Assembly (NCBI GenBank): GCA_022710775.1
Contig: JAKLGH010000003.1
Coordinates: 14,073-78,072, forward strand
Reading direction: 5' to 3'
DNA: 64,000 nucleotides
Origin: Patescibacteria group bacterium
GTDB lineage: Bacteria > Patescibacteriota > Minisyncoccia > Minisyncoccales > UBA5738
Positions 45,020 through 55,814 of this stretch are shown here, in pieces; the first letter of the stretch is position 1, and every line of letters begins with the position of its first letter. Made by a program: the position numbers and the translations under genes. The notes beneath the pieces were generated by a model. It was given only the letters and a program-made list of their open reading frames with translations, was not told the DNA's origin and ran no database searches.

Positions 45020-45120
45020 TTAAGCTTTTTAAGCGTTTTAAGCTTATTAAGCGAAAACGAAAAAAGTCACAGAATCATTCACTTAAATAACTTAATCAGC
45101 TTATCTGCTTAATAAGCTTA
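45020..45120. repeat. 9-bp-periodic TTAAGC direct repeats followed by inverted CTTA(A) repeats in the rpoB-rpoC spacer
   Basis: TTAAGC at 45020, 45029, 45038 and 45047. Complementary CTTA at 45082, 45091, 45100, 45108 and 45117. A 14-bp perfect inverted repeat pairs 45039-45052 with 45107-45120. Confidence 0.8.
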
Positions 45121-45132
45121 TTCTAAAAACCT

Positions 45133-48100
45133 ATGCGCGTAGAAGACTTACAATCAATCAGGATCAAGCTGGCATCGCCCGACGACGTACTGGCTTGGTC
45201 TCATGGCGAGATTACCAAGCCCGAAACCATTAATTACCGCACGCAAAGAGCGGAAAAAGACGGACTTTTTTGCGAACGGATTTTTGGTCCGGAAAAGGAT
45301 TACGAATGTTATTGCGGAAAATACAAGCGCGTCCGCTACAAAGGAATCATTTGCGATCGTTGCGGGGTTGAGGTTACAAAAAGCTCGGTACGCCGCGAGA
45401 GGATGGGACATATCAAGCTGGCCTGTCCGGTTTCGCATATCTGGTTTTTAAGGGGGGTTCCTTCCCGGATGGGCCAAGTTTTGGATCTTCCGATGCAACA
45501 GCTCGAAAAAGTCATTTATTTTGCGTCCTATGTCATAACCAGCGTTGACGAGGCCGAAAAAAAACGGATTGCCGAGGAGATCGACGCGGAGTTCCAGGAA
45601 AAAACCCGTACCCAAAAGAAGTTTTTTGAAAAAGACGATAAACCTGGCCAAAAAGAACTGGCCAAGGTTATTGAAGAATTGAAAGGCGCCAAGGATCGCG
45701 CCAAACAGGAGTTGAGCAGTCTTCAAACATTGAGAATTATTTCGGAGGCGGAATACCGCAACCTTGCGCTTAAATACGGCCAATGTTTTTCGGCCGGTAC
45801 CGGGGCGGAAACGGTTCGCAAAATCTTCGAGAAGGTTGATATTAAGAAAGAGGTCGAAATGTTGAACGGCAAGCTTGAGGACGCCACTCCGGAAGAGAAA
45901 AGAAAGATCTATATACGTCTGAAATTGTTCCAAGGCATGCAACAGGCCGGCATACGCCCGGAATGGATGCTTTTAACGGCGTTGCCGGTTTTGCCTGCAG
46001 ATCTTCGTCCGATCGTCCAGTTGGATGGCGGACGTTATGCGTCCAGCGACTTGAATGATCTTTATCGCCGCGTGATCAATCGCAATAACCGTTTGAAATA
46101 TTTGATTGAGATCGGCGCGCCCGAAGTGATTGTGCGTAACGAAAAAAGGATGCTGCAGGAAGCCGTTGATTCCCTTATTGATAACGGCATGAGGAAGGGA
46201 ACGACCACTCAAGCTACAACCGGAGGACGTCGCTTGCTGAAATCTCTGGCCGACATGCTGAAGGGGAAGCAAGGACGTTTCAGGCAGAATTTGCTTGGCA
46301 AACGCGTTGATTATTCCGGCCGTTCCGTGATCGTTGTCGGTCCGGCGCTTAAGATAGATGAAGTGGGCATACCTAAAAAAATGGCGTTGGAGCTTTTTAA
46401 GCCTTTTGTGATAAGGCGTATCCTTGAGAAGGAAATGGCTTTTAATGTGAGAGGCGCTTCCCGCCTGATAGAGACTGAAACTGATGAGATCTGGGCTATT
46501 CTTGAAGAGGTGGTCAAGAACAAGCTTGTTTTGATCAACCGCGCTCCTACGCTTCATCGCTTGAGTATCCAGGCTTTTTATCCGATTTTGATCGAAGGCG
46601 AAGCTATCCAGGTTCATCCTATGGTTTGTAAGGCATTTAACGCTGATTTCGACGGTGACCAGATGGCAGTTCATCTTCCCTTATCCGACCTTGCCCAGAA
46701 AGAAGCGAGGGAGCGGATGGTTTCCACTTTGAATCTTTTAAAGCCTGCCAAGGGGACTCCCGTGGTTACCGTTTATCAGGATATGGTTTTGGGCTGTTAT
46801 TGGATGACCAGGGCAGTTGACGGTGTAAAAGGAGAAGGTAAAGTTTTTGCCAATGCTGGCGAGGCTATTTTGGTCCATGGTTTTGGCGAAGTTGATCTGC
46901 GCGCGAAAATCAAGGTGATGAATCCCAAGCCGTCCGCCCAAGGCATGATGGAAACAACCGTTGGCCGGATCATTTTTAACCAGGTATTACCCGATGATTT
47001 CGCGTTTCAAAACCAACTGATCAAAGTGCGCGATCTTGAGCGCATTGCTGAAGACATTATCAGGAAATATGATGTAAAAACCACGCAAGAAACGCTGGAT
47101 CGCATCAAGGAGCTTGGTTTTGAATATTCGACGCTTTCGGGCATTTCCTGGGGCATGGATGATCTTCATGTTCCGTCGGAAAAACCGGCCGTCATTAAAG
47201 AAGCCGAGAAAGAAGTGGAAAAAACGGAAGATTATTTCCGGAAAGGGCTTTTGTCCAAGGAAGAAAAAAAGAACAAGATTATCGAAATCTGGTCCAGAGC
47301 AAAATCAACCATAGAAAATCTAGTGCCTAAGACCCTTACGGCCGACGGTTCGGTTTTCCAGATGATCGACGCGGGAGCCCGGGGTTCCTGGTCGCAACCG
47401 GTTCAGATGGCGGGCATGAAAGGATTAGTAGTGGATCCGTCCGGCGATATTATTGAACTGCCCGTAAAGAATTCTTACAAAGAGGGTCTTGACGTGCTTG
47501 AATATTTCAATTCGACGCATGGCGCCCGCAAGGGAACAGTGGATACGGCTTTGAGGACTTCAACTGCCGGTTATCTTACGCGCCGGCTTGTCGATGTCGC
47601 TCATGAAGTGATTGTTACGAAGTCCGATTGCGGCGATGACGAGGGCATTACGGCATATTTTCATGACAGCGAAGAGATCGGACAAAATTTCCTGCATAAG
47701 ATCGTTGGGCGCGTGTCGTTGGAAACGATTAAAAGTGAGAAGACCAAAGAAAACATCATTAAAAAAGGGGAACTGATCGACTGGGAGATTGGCAGAAAAC
47801 TCATTGAGGAAGGCGTGATCGGCGTAAAAATCAGGTCTCCCTTGAGCTGTAAGTGTTCAAAAGGCATCTGCCAGAAATGTTACGGTTGGAACCTCGGCGA
47901 TAATAAGTTGGTCCGCCTGGGAGAAGCGGTTGGCATCGTTGCCGCCCAGTCCATCGGAGAACCCGGAACCCAGCTGACGATGAGAACTTTTCATACCGGT
48001 GGCGTTGCCGGCGGAGGCGATATAACTTCTGGCTTGCCGCGCGTTGAAGAAATTTTTGAAGCAAGAATGCCGCAAGGCCGTTCAGAGATGGCTCCGTCCG

Positions 48101-48822
48101 ACGGAACGGTTGACGAAATCACTTCCGAACGCGTTATCAAGATTAAAATCAAGGCTAAAGACGCGGATAAAAATAAAACGGCTCAGATCGTTGAATTCCA
48201 GGCGCCTCTTAACGCTGCTATCCTGGTAAGGAAGAATGATGCGGTAAGGAAGGGCCAGCCGTTATGGGAAGGCAGCTTGGAATTGAAAGAACTTTACAAG
48301 CTGGCTGGAAAAGACGCGGCTCAATGTTATATACTAAAGGAGGTGCAAAGAATCTATAATTCCCAGGGTGCGACGATCCATGATAAGCATGTTGAAGTGA
48401 TTATCCGCCAAATGTTTTCGCGCGTGAAAATTAAGGAGCCGGGCGACAGCTTGTTTATACCCAAAGAGGTGGTAGAGAAGAAGAAGGCAATGGTGGAAAA
48501 CGAAAGATTGGCAAAAGAAAAAAAGAAGTTGGTGGAATATTCCCCCGTTTTACTGGGCGTTTCCAAAGTGGCGCTTACTACGAATTCCTGGCTGTCTTCG
48601 GCATCATTCCAAGAAACATCCCGGGTCTTGATTAAAGCCAGTCTGGAGCGGCAGGAGGACACACTTGAAGGATTGAAAGAGAATGTGATCATCGGTAAAT
48701 TAGTGCCGGCAGGAACCGGATTTGACATTGACTCGAGAGAACCTGTTGATGAAGATCTAAAAAAAGGGTCTGAGCCCAAAGATCTAAAGGCATCCGATGA
48801 AAAAGAACAAAAAAAATCATAA
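45133..48822 (+). CDS. rpoC: DNA-directed RNA polymerase subunit beta'
   Basis: 1229 aa. Zn-binding CYCGKY..C..CGV and catalytic [12 protein letters not shown]. Confidence 0.95.
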   Translation: MRVEDLQSIRIKLASPDDVLAWSHGEITKPETINYRTQRAEKDGLFCERIFGPEKDYECYCGKYKRVRYKGIICDRCGVEVTKSSVRRERMGHIKLACPVSHIWFLRGVPSRMGQVLDLPMQQLEKVIYFASYVITSVDEAEKKRIAEEIDAEFQEKTRTQKKFFEKDDKPGQKELAKVIEELKGAKDRAKQELSSLQTLRIISEAEYRNLALKYGQCFSAGTGAETVRKIFEKVDIKKEVEMLNGKLEDATPEEKRKIYIRLKLFQGMQQAGIRPEWMLLTALPVLPADLRPIVQLDGGRYASSDLNDLYRRVINRNNRLKYLIEIGAPEVIVRNEKRMLQEAVDSLIDNGMRKGTTTQATTGGRRLLKSLADMLKGKQGRFRQNLLGKRVDYSGRSVIVVGPALKIDEVGIPKKMALELFKPFVIRRILEKEMAFNVRGASRLIETETDEIWAILEEVVKNKLVLINRAPTLHRLSIQAFYPILIEGEAIQVHPMVCKAFNADFDGDQMAVHLPLSDLAQKEARERMVSTLNLLKPAKGTPVVTVYQDMVLGCYWMTRAVDGVKGEGKVFANAGEAILVHGFGEVDLRAKIKVMNPKPSAQGMMETTVGRIIFNQVLPDDFAFQNQLIKVRDLERIAEDIIRKYDVKTTQETLDRIKELGFEYSTLSGISWGMDDLHVPSEKPAVIKEAEKEVEKTEDYFRKGLLSKEEKKNKIIEIWSRAKSTIENLVPKTLTADGSVFQMIDAGARGSWSQPVQMAGMKGLVVDPSGDIIELPVKNSYKEGLDVLEYFNSTHGARKGTVDTALRTSTAGYLTRRLVDVAHEVIVTKSDCGDDEGITAYFHDSEEIGQNFLHKIVGRVSLETIKSEKTKENIIKKGELIDWEIGRKLIEEGVIGVKIRSPLSCKCSKGICQKCYGWNLGDNKLVRLGEAVGIVAAQSIGEPGTQLTMRTFHTGGVAGGGDITSGLPRVEEIFEARMPQGRSEMAPSDGTVDEITSERVIKIKIKAKDADKNKTAQIVEFQAPLNAAILVRKNDAVRKGQPLWEGSLELKELYKLAGKDAAQCYILKEVQRIYNSQGATIHDKHVEVIIRQMFSRVKIKEPGDSLFIPKEVVEKKKAMVENERLAKEKKKLVEYSPVLLGVSKVALTTNSWLSSASFQETSRVLIKASLERQEDTLEGLKENVIIGKLVPAGTGFDIDSREPVDEDLKKGSEPKDLKASDEKEQKKS

Positions 48823-51001
48823 AATCCAATCTGAAAAAAAAGCCGATCCGAATTTCTCGAGTCTTGAGGAAAACGTTAAAAAATGGGGCGGAGGAATAAT
48901 AATGCTGGTGATGGCATTTGTCTTGACCCTCGGTTTTTTCGATATGGCAGGCGTCGCGGGTAGGGCGCTTCTCGCTTTGATTTCTTACTTAACCGGCAGC
49001 GCAGCCTTCGCGTTGCCGGTTATTTTATTGCTCGGAGGCATTATTTTTTTTACTACCCATCAGGAGAGATTTTCCGGACAGCTTACGCTGGCTATGTTTA
49101 TTTTGACCCTTGGGATTTGCGGTATCCTGGCCGTTTTTGATCTTGAAAGCTCGGGTGGCGGAAAGCTCGGATATATTATGGCTTTGCCGCTTTTCAAGCT
49201 GTTTGGCTTTTGGGTTGCTTTGATCATATTTTGCGGATTTATCATGCTTTCCGGTTTGATGCTTTGGTGGCTTTTAGGCAAGCCGATGCCGGATTTCAAA
49301 TCGCTCGATCTGGGCAAGGAGAAAGGCATTGTGGTCAACAAAAACAAGCCAGCGTTTGGCAAGCCAAAGATTGCGCTCCCGGATTTGAAGATGAAAAACA
49401 TTTCGATCCAAAACGGACAGAATAACAAGGATCCCAAGAAATCATCCAAAGAACTATTGCCGGCCAAAAAAATAATCCCCGGATTAAGACAGGAAATAAA
49501 ATATGTCGCGCCGCCGCTGGATTTGCTTGATACCAGGAAAGGAGTGCCGCTAGCCGGAGATCTCCGGCAGAACGCCGCCATGATCAAGAAGACGCTGGGC
49601 GATTTCGGTATTCCCGTCAATATGTTCGATGCTAATGTCGGTCCGTCCGTAACCCAATACACATTGAAACCCGACGACGGGATTAAATTGTCAAAGATTA
49701 CGGCATTGTCTAATGACCTTTCGTTGGCTTTGGCAAGCCAATCCATCAGAATCGAGGCTCCTATCCCCGGAAAGGCTCTGGTAGGCGTTGAGGTGCCAAA
49801 TAAAGAACGGGCGGGCATTGGATTGAGGGAGTTGCTGGCTTCGTCGGAATTCACCCAAACGCAAGCCAATTTGCCCGTATGCCTTGGCAAGGATGTCATT
49901 GGCAATCCAATTCTTGCGGACTTGGCTCGGATGCCGCACTTGATGGTCGCAGGCGCGACCGGAACCGGTAAAACTATTTTTCTAAACAGCTTGCTTACGA
50001 CCTTGCTTTATAAGAATCCTCCGGAGCTTTTAAGATTCATTTTAGTTGATCCTAAAAGGGTTGAAATGAGGCTATATAACGACTTGCCGCATTTGCTGAC
50101 TCCGGTAATCTATGATGTTAATAAGACCGTTGCGGCATTAAAATGGGCTATTGCGGAGATGGATCATCGTTTTGACGTTATTGGTTCCAAAGAATCGCGG
50201 AATATCGGAAGCTTCAACGAAAAAGCGCTGAAGGACGGATTCGAACCTTTGCCTTACATCGTATTTGTTATCGATGAACTGGCTGATTTAATGGCTTCAA
50301 AGGGCAAAGAGGTTGAGGCTGGCATCATTAGGCTGGCCCAGATGGCCAGGGCGGTTGGTATTCATTTGGTAGTTGCGACGCAGCGTCCGTCAGTGGAGGT
50401 TATTACCGGTTTGATCAAGGCCAATATTACCTGCCGCGTGGCTTTCCAGGTAGCTTCGCAGTTCGATTCCCGGACCATTCTCGATGTTTCCGGAGCGGAG
50501 AAATTACTGGGTGCCGGCGATATGCTGTTTACTTCCGCCGAATATCCCAGGCCAAAGCGCGTACAAGGCCCCTACATCTCCGAAAAAGAAATGAAGCGCG
50601 TATTGGAGTGGATCAAGGAAAAAAATGTAATGCCTGAATTCAGGATCGAAGACGGAGTATTGGAAAGCATGTCGATGGGCAATGGAAACGGAGATTATAA
50701 CGGTACGCCGGGTATGTTCGGCGCCAATGACGGTTCCGAAGATATGGGCGACGATCCTCTCTATGAGCAAGCGAAAAAAATTGTTCTGGAATCCCGGCAA
50801 GCTTCGGCTTCATTCTTGCAGCGCCGGCTTCGGATCGGTTATGCCCGAGCCGCGCGGATCATCGATATTATGGAAGACAGGGGCGTAGTTGGGCCCAAGG
50901 ATGGCGCTAAACCTCGCGAGATCCTTGTATCGGGTACGGAATCTTTGACGCCCGACACCATTGATAATGGGGACAGTGGTGATGGATGGCAGAGAGTGTG
51001 A
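48797..51001 (+). CDS. ftsK: FtsK/SpoIIIE DNA translocase
   Basis: 734 aa. N-terminal TM helices, Walker A GATGTGKT, Walker [11 protein letters not shown]-terminal gamma (winged-helix) domain [22 protein letters not shown]. The annotated start overlaps the rpoC 3' end by 26 nt. Confidence 0.9.
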   Translation: MKKNKKNHKIQSEKKADPNFSSLEENVKKWGGGIIMLVMAFVLTLGFFDMAGVAGRALLALISYLTGSAAFALPVILLLGGIIFFTTHQERFSGQLTLAMFILTLGICGILAVFDLESSGGGKLGYIMALPLFKLFGFWVALIIFCGFIMLSGLMLWWLLGKPMPDFKSLDLGKEKGIVVNKNKPAFGKPKIALPDLKMKNISIQNGQNNKDPKKSSKELLPAKKIIPGLRQEIKYVAPPLDLLDTRKGVPLAGDLRQNAAMIKKTLGDFGIPVNMFDANVGPSVTQYTLKPDDGIKLSKITALSNDLSLALASQSIRIEAPIPGKALVGVEVPNKERAGIGLRELLASSEFTQTQANLPVCLGKDVIGNPILADLARMPHLMVAGATGTGKTIFLNSLLTTLLYKNPPELLRFILVDPKRVEMRLYNDLPHLLTPVIYDVNKTVAALKWAIAEMDHRFDVIGSKESRNIGSFNEKALKDGFEPLPYIVFVIDELADLMASKGKEVEAGIIRLAQMARAVGIHLVVATQRPSVEVITGLIKANITCRVAFQVASQFDSRTILDVSGAEKLLGAGDMLFTSAEYPRPKRVQGPYISEKEMKRVLEWIKEKNVMPEFRIEDGVLESMSMGNGNGDYNGTPGMFGANDGSEDMGDDPLYEQAKKIVLESRQASASFLQRRLRIGYARAARIIDIMEDRGVVGPKDGAKPREILVSGTESLTPDTIDNGDSGDGWQRV

Positions 51002-51039
51002 TAATATAATAGAATATCAACCAAACCGTAAGCCAGAAT

Positions 51040-52821
51040 ATGAAATCATTTTACGGCGCCATACCTGCGGTTGCTGTATGTTTATTCGGGATAACATGCT
51101 GTATCTTTGCTTGGACGGAACCGACAGCCATTCCGCCTCAAGATAACGTTAGCTCGCTGATCAACGAGTCGTCGTCAAGCCAATCCAAAGCTGGCTTGCT
51201 TTCCGTAAAGACATTGAGCGTTAATGATTCGACAACGCCTTGCTGTGCCGCTTATTATACGGTGTCCATCAACGAGGGGGGGGCCAATCAGCCGACGCTC
51301 CAGTTCCACGATTCCGGCGTCGCTGAAGGCCAGATGATCCTTTCAGGAGATGTTGGAAACGGAAACCGGGGATTTTTATTCCAAAGCACTCAAACCTTAT
51401 TGGACGGGCGGTTCACCGGTAGCTTTTTCGTTGACGGCAATGTCGGCATCGGGAGCGCCGCGCCGTTGGCGAAATTATTCGTTCAAACTTTGGATACCTT
51501 AACAGTACCCTTAAGAATTGATGCCCTTGTTCAAGGCGCAGGAGGAGCTTTTGCGTCTCCGTTCGAAAGCTGGGCTTATCGCGTTCCAATCACTATCACG
51601 AATACTAATACGTCGACATTGACCAATTTTCAGATCAAAGTAACTCTTAATACTTCGGATTTGATCAGTTCCGGTAAAATGTTGTCGACTTGTGCCGATA
51701 TCCGCGTTTCCGACAGCGACGGGACAACTTCCTTAAACCATTGGGTCAGCGGGTGCAATTCGAGCTCCACATACGTTTGGATCAAGGTTCCGTCCATACC
51801 GGCTTCTTCAAGCAAGGTTATTTATATCTATTATGGAAACAGTTCTGCGGCGTCGCAAAGCAATCCTACGTCCGTGTTTGTTTTTTACGATGATTTTGAC
51901 GATGGAAACATATCGGATTGGTCTTTATGGACCGATTGCGGAACCGGCGCGAAAACCGTTTCTAATACCGTTCGCCACAGTACGCCGTATTCGATAAAAA
52001 ACTATGTTTCGAACACATGCCACGATTCTTATTCGTATTCCTACCGGAATTTTACCGTGCCGGACACCGGAACTTACACGGTTGATTTTTATGCGATGAG
52101 TGGTCCATGCGATATTTGCACTATTTACGCGGAGATGGCGATAGCCGGCAGCTGGTTTTTTTCCCAACGATTATTATCACTGACCCATTTTACCTATAAT
52201 CGATCGTTGACAGCCGGCTCGCGAGAGATAGATATCGGTATGTATACCGACGAGTCGATAACCGGAACTTTTCCTGCTTATTTTGACGATATCATGATCT
52301 ATAAGAAGGCAAATACCAGTCCAGCCGTGGCGAACGGCAGCGAGGAAGCTGCCGGGCCGGTAACGCCATTTAACCAGACGGTGCTGATCATAAAAGAAAA
52401 CACGGGCAATTTGGGAGTCGGAACCGACGATCCCGGAGCTGACAAATTGGAAGTGAACGGCCGGGCGTACGCGTCCGGCGGCTGGCAGACAGTCAACGCC
52501 GATTACGCAGAGTGGTTTGAAAAGGAAGAATCCACCGCGCCTGGCGATATTATCGGCATCAACCTGGATACGGGCAAGGTCCGAAAGTATCGGATAGGGG
52601 ATAAATTCCTGGGCATTCATTCGGCTAACCCGAGTTTTGTCGGCAACCGTCTCAAAGATGATGAAAAGGTCATGGAAAGAGATTATACCTTGGTAAGCCT
52701 GATGGGGCAGGTAGATTTTGATTATAACCAAGTTGTTATATCGAAAAGAAAAGCGTTTACGCCGGACGGACAGGCGATAGGTGTTGTTTTGAGCAATAAA
52801 AAATTATTGATAAAAAAATAA
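51040..52821 (+). CDS. fibre-like surface protein, long paralog (N-module, DUF2341-like plus jelly-roll-like insert, C-module)
   Basis: 593 aa. Hydrophobic N-terminus ending ITCC. AWTEPTAIPPQDN motif. Insert contains YRVPITITNTN..IRVSDSDGT..HWV..YVWIKVPSIP...IYIYYGN (DUF2341-like). The C-module LEVNGRAYASGGWQTVNADYAEWFEKEE... is shared with the next gene. Confidence 0.7.
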   Translation: MKSFYGAIPAVAVCLFGITCCIFAWTEPTAIPPQDNVSSLINESSSSQSKAGLLSVKTLSVNDSTTPCCAAYYTVSINEGGANQPTLQFHDSGVAEGQMILSGDVGNGNRGFLFQSTQTLLDGRFTGSFFVDGNVGIGSAAPLAKLFVQTLDTLTVPLRIDALVQGAGGAFASPFESWAYRVPITITNTNTSTLTNFQIKVTLNTSDLISSGKMLSTCADIRVSDSDGTTSLNHWVSGCNSSSTYVWIKVPSIPASSSKVIYIYYGNSSAASQSNPTSVFVFYDDFDDGNISDWSLWTDCGTGAKTVSNTVRHSTPYSIKNYVSNTCHDSYSYSYRNFTVPDTGTYTVDFYAMSGPCDICTIYAEMAIAGSWFFSQRLLSLTHFTYNRSLTAGSREIDIGMYTDESITGTFPAYFDDIMIYKKANTSPAVANGSEEAAGPVTPFNQTVLIIKENTGNLGVGTDDPGADKLEVNGRAYASGGWQTVNADYAEWFEKEESTAPGDIIGINLDTGKVRKYRIGDKFLGIHSANPSFVGNRLKDDEKVMERDYTLVSLMGQVDFDYNQVVISKRKAFTPDGQAIGVVLSNKKLLIKK

Positions 52822-52832
52822 CGATTCCCATT

Positions 52833-53777
52833 ATGACTGGCAGGCAACAAAGAAAGCTGATTATTTTTTCCGGGGTTGTGTTGTCCGGTTTTTTTTCGAC
52901 TTTTCTCTATTCGTGCGCATTTACCAACCCTCCCACTTTTGCTCCGCAGCAGAATGCGCCTTTTCCCCTTAACGGAAGCGCGGTTGGCCAAACAAAATCG
53001 GGACCTTTATCGTTGGCTAAATTATCCGTTGACGACGGAGACGGAGCGTGTTGTTCGCCTTATTTTACTGTTTCCATAAATGAGCTCGGTTCCAGCCAGC
53101 CGACGCTCCAGTTCTATGATTTTGGAGGCGCCGAAGGCCAGATGATCCTTAAAGGAGATATCGGAAACGGAAACCGGGGATTTTTATTCCAAAGCACTCA
53201 AACCGCATTGGACGGGCGGTTCACTGGGAGTTTTTTCGTTGACGGCAATGCTGGAATCGGGAGCGCCGTACCTCCGGCAAAATTATTCATTAAAACATCG
53301 GATGTAACAACCTCGCCGCTTTGGATCGGAACAGCATCTCTATATATAAAAGAAGGCACCGGCTTCGTTGGTATTGGAACAACCAATCCGGGGAATGACA
53401 GGTTGGAAGTGAACGGCCGGGCGTACGCGTCCGGCGGCTGGCAAACGACCGATGCCGATTACGCAGAGTGGTTTGAAAAAGAAGAAGAAATTGAAATTGG
53501 CGGTTTGGTGGGCGTTAATCCCGATACGGGAAAAGCGCGGAGATGGCGGCAATACGATGAATTTTTGGGAATACGCAGCGCTAAACCCGGTTTGGTCGGG
53601 AACCGGACACGGGAGACCGATATAGAAATGGAACGGGACCATGTCTTGGTCGGGCTTATAGGGCAGGTCGATTTTAATCAAAACCAGGTGGTATTTGACG
53701 GCCGGATCGCCAAGACGGAAGACGGGACTTATGTCGGGATACTTTTGAACAGCGGAAAATTGTATATCGGGCCATGA
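52833..53777 (+). CDS. fibre-like surface protein, short paralog (N-module plus C-module only)
   Basis: 314 aa. N-terminus ends LYSC (lipobox-like). AFTNPPTFAPQQN motif. N- and C-modules are collinear with the 51040 gene, including 41-42-nt stretches of identical DNA. Confidence 0.7.
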   Translation: MTGRQQRKLIIFSGVVLSGFFSTFLYSCAFTNPPTFAPQQNAPFPLNGSAVGQTKSGPLSLAKLSVDDGDGACCSPYFTVSINELGSSQPTLQFYDFGGAEGQMILKGDIGNGNRGFLFQSTQTALDGRFTGSFFVDGNAGIGSAVPPAKLFIKTSDVTTSPLWIGTASLYIKEGTGFVGIGTTNPGNDRLEVNGRAYASGGWQTTDADYAEWFEKEEEIEIGGLVGVNPDTGKARRWRQYDEFLGIRSAKPGLVGNRTRETDIEMERDHVLVGLIGQVDFNQNQVVFDGRIAKTEDGTYVGILLNSGKLYIGP

Positions 53778-53908
53778 ATCGTCCAATGCTGTCAGCAATT
53801 AAGCCAAATATCCCGAGCTTTTGCATTGTAATAGGATATTTTTTTTGATATATTCGGTACACAAAGCAAAACAGCTAAAAATGATTAAAGAACATAAAAA
53901 TCAATAAT

Positions 53909-54949
53909 ATGCCTAAAAACAAAAAAAGCGCCGCCAGCAAAGAGAAGCCGGAAAAGAAAAATCTTTTGGCGGCGATAGAGGAGATCAAACAAAAATTTGG
54001 GGAAGGAGCGATAATGAAACTGAATGAGGTCAAGGCGGTTGATATCGACGTGATTCCGACCGGTTGTATTTCTTTGGACATGGCTTTGGGCGTTGGAGGA
54101 GTGCCGCGCGGCCGGATAATCGAGATATATGGAGGGGAATCGACCGGTAAAACCACTTTGTCGCTCCACATTCTAGCTGAAGCCCAGCGGAAGGGCGGAG
54201 TGGGGGCATTTGTCGATGCGGAACATGCCTTGGATCCGGAATACGCGAAAAGGATCGGGGTTAACGTTGACGAAATGCTGATTTCCCAGCCGGATTCCGG
54301 AGAACAGGCGTTGCAGATAGTTGAGACGCTGATGAAATCCGAACAAGTTGACGTGATTGTTGTTGATTCGGTAGCGGCTTTGACTCCCCGGGCCGAAATT
54401 AACGGAGAGGTTGGCGACCAGCAGATCGGCCTGCAGGCTCGTTTAATGTCTTCGGCGTTGAGAAAATTCTCGTCCATCGCGGCGAAGACCAATACCATTG
54501 TTATCTTTTTAAACCAGACCAGGATGAAGATCGGCGTGATGTGGGGTAATCCGGAAACCACGCCCGGAGGAATGGCGTTGAAATTTTACTCATCGGTCAG
54601 AATCGAGTTGAGAAGGATCGGCCAATTAAAGCACGGAGAGGAGATCATTGGCAACCGGATTAAGGCGAAGATCGTCAAAAACAAAGTTGCAGCGCCATTC
54701 AAAGTCGTTGAATACGATATTTATTATAACGAGGGCATCTCAAGGTTTTCCGATATTATTAATACGGGATTAAGCTTGGAAGTTGTTAAGAAATCCGGCA
54801 GTTGGCTGGAATTTGACGGCCAAAAACTGGGCCAGGGAATGGAAGCAAGCAAAAACCTCCTGAGGGAAAATCCGGAGCTTTTAGAAAAGATCAAGAAAGC
54901 CTTGAAGGATAAAATGGATTCGACGTTCGTCGATGTCAATGCAGCTTGA
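53909..54949 (+). CDS. recA: recombinase RecA
   Basis: 346 aa. Walker A GGESTGKTT, VVDSVAAL and the overall RecA core. Confidence 0.97.
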   Translation: MPKNKKSAASKEKPEKKNLLAAIEEIKQKFGEGAIMKLNEVKAVDIDVIPTGCISLDMALGVGGVPRGRIIEIYGGESTGKTTLSLHILAEAQRKGGVGAFVDAEHALDPEYAKRIGVNVDEMLISQPDSGEQALQIVETLMKSEQVDVIVVDSVAALTPRAEINGEVGDQQIGLQARLMSSALRKFSSIAAKTNTIVIFLNQTRMKIGVMWGNPETTPGGMALKFYSSVRIELRRIGQLKHGEEIIGNRIKAKIVKNKVAAPFKVVEYDIYYNEGISRFSDIINTGLSLEVVKKSGSWLEFDGQKLGQGMEASKNLLRENPELLEKIKKALKDKMDSTFVDVNAA

Positions 54950-54969
54950 AATTATAATCCTTTTCTGGC

Positions 54970-55000
54970 AGAAAACGAAAACCACCCCGTTTAAGGGTGG
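54970..55000 (-). terminator. terminator hairpin between convergent recA and rpsR
   Basis: CCACCC-CGTTTAA-GGGTGG. On the minus strand it is followed by TTTTCGTTTTC. Confidence 0.5.
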
Positions 55001-55024
55001 TAATCAATTCAGCACAAGAATCAG

Positions 55025-55210
55025 CTAAGGGAGCAGGGAGAGCTGGCGGGCGCGCTTTATCGCTTCAGTCAACCTTCGTTGATGGCTGGCGCAAACGCCG
55101 GTTTTCTTTTTTGGTTTGATCTTTCCCATGCCCGACATGAACCTTTGCAGAAGATCCGTTTCCTTAAAGTTGATTTCTTTTAAATTTCGCTGACAAAAGT
55201 AACAAGCCAT
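55025..55210 (-). CDS. rpsR: 30S ribosomal protein S18
   Basis: 61 aa. CYFC...INFKETDLLQRFMS..GKI.P...TG.CA.HQR.L..AIKRAR. Confidence 0.9.
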   Translation of the reverse strand: MACYFCQRNLKEINFKETDLLQRFMSGMGKIKPKKKTGVCASHQRRLTEAIKRARQLSLLP

Positions 55211-55299
55211 AATATTGATTGATAACTATAATCTTTAGCCCTTAACTTGATTTAAAAACCTTTTGTTAAAGACAAGAGATTAATGATTAATGATTGGAT

Positions 55300-55758
55300 T
55301 TAGAAAGGAATATTTTTGATGTCGATTTCATCATTTTCTTCGATGATCGGGATTTCTGGCTCAGCCATCTGATTTTGCCCGGATGCCGCTTGGTCCTTGT
55401 GAGGAAAATCCGGCATTTGCGTTCCGCCGGATTTTGGCCCCAATTGCAGGGTTTCGGCAATGATCTCGGTGCGGTAGCGCTTGGTTTGGGTTGCCGCATC
55501 CATCCAGTTTCTCGTTTGGAGCCTGCCTTCGATCATGGCTAGCGATCCGGTTTTCAAATATTGGGACGCTACGTCGGCAATTTTCGCGAAAGCAACTATG
55601 TTATGGAATTCCGTTTTCTGCTGTCTTTGGCCGTTTTTATCCGTGTAAAAACGGTCTGTCGCCAGCCCAAACGACGCTACTTGCTGCCCGGACGGAAGCA
55701 CTTTTACTTCCGGGTTCCGGGTCAATCTTCCGACTAAAATTACTTTATTGAAATTCAT
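55300..55758 (-). CDS. ssb: single-stranded DNA-binding protein
   Basis: 152 aa. OB-fold N-terminus MNFNKVILVGRLTRNPE and acidic tail ending DIKNIPF. Sits in rpsF-ssb-rpsR synteny. Confidence 0.9.
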   Translation of the reverse strand: MNFNKVILVGRLTRNPEVKVLPSGQQVASFGLATDRFYTDKNGQRQQKTEFHNIVAFAKIADVASQYLKTGSLAMIEGRLQTRNWMDAATQTKRYRTEIIAETLQLGPKSGGTQMPDFPHKDQAASGQNQMAEPEIPIIEENDEIDIKNIPF

Positions 55759-55814
55759 TTTAGTTAGAAATTATTTTAATAATTAAAGATGGAAACAGGG
55801 AATAAAACTGCCGT

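Noticed and set aside
45020-45052. CRISPR-like appearance of regularly spaced short repeats.
   Set aside because: The repeat unit is only 9 bp with no unique spacers, and no cas genes are present. I saw no CRISPR array anywhere in the window.
48797-48822. The 26-nt rpoC/ftsK overlap as a possible programmed frameshift or fusion.
   Set aside because: Both proteins are complete with normal termini. A short overlap with an alternative downstream ftsK start is the simpler explanation.
51040-53777. Possibility that the two fibre-like paralogs are a diversity-generating retroelement target/template pair.
   Set aside because: No reverse transcriptase is in the window. Differences between the aligned DNA segments are not restricted to adenines. 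The repeats are whole coding modules rather than a short TR/VR pair.
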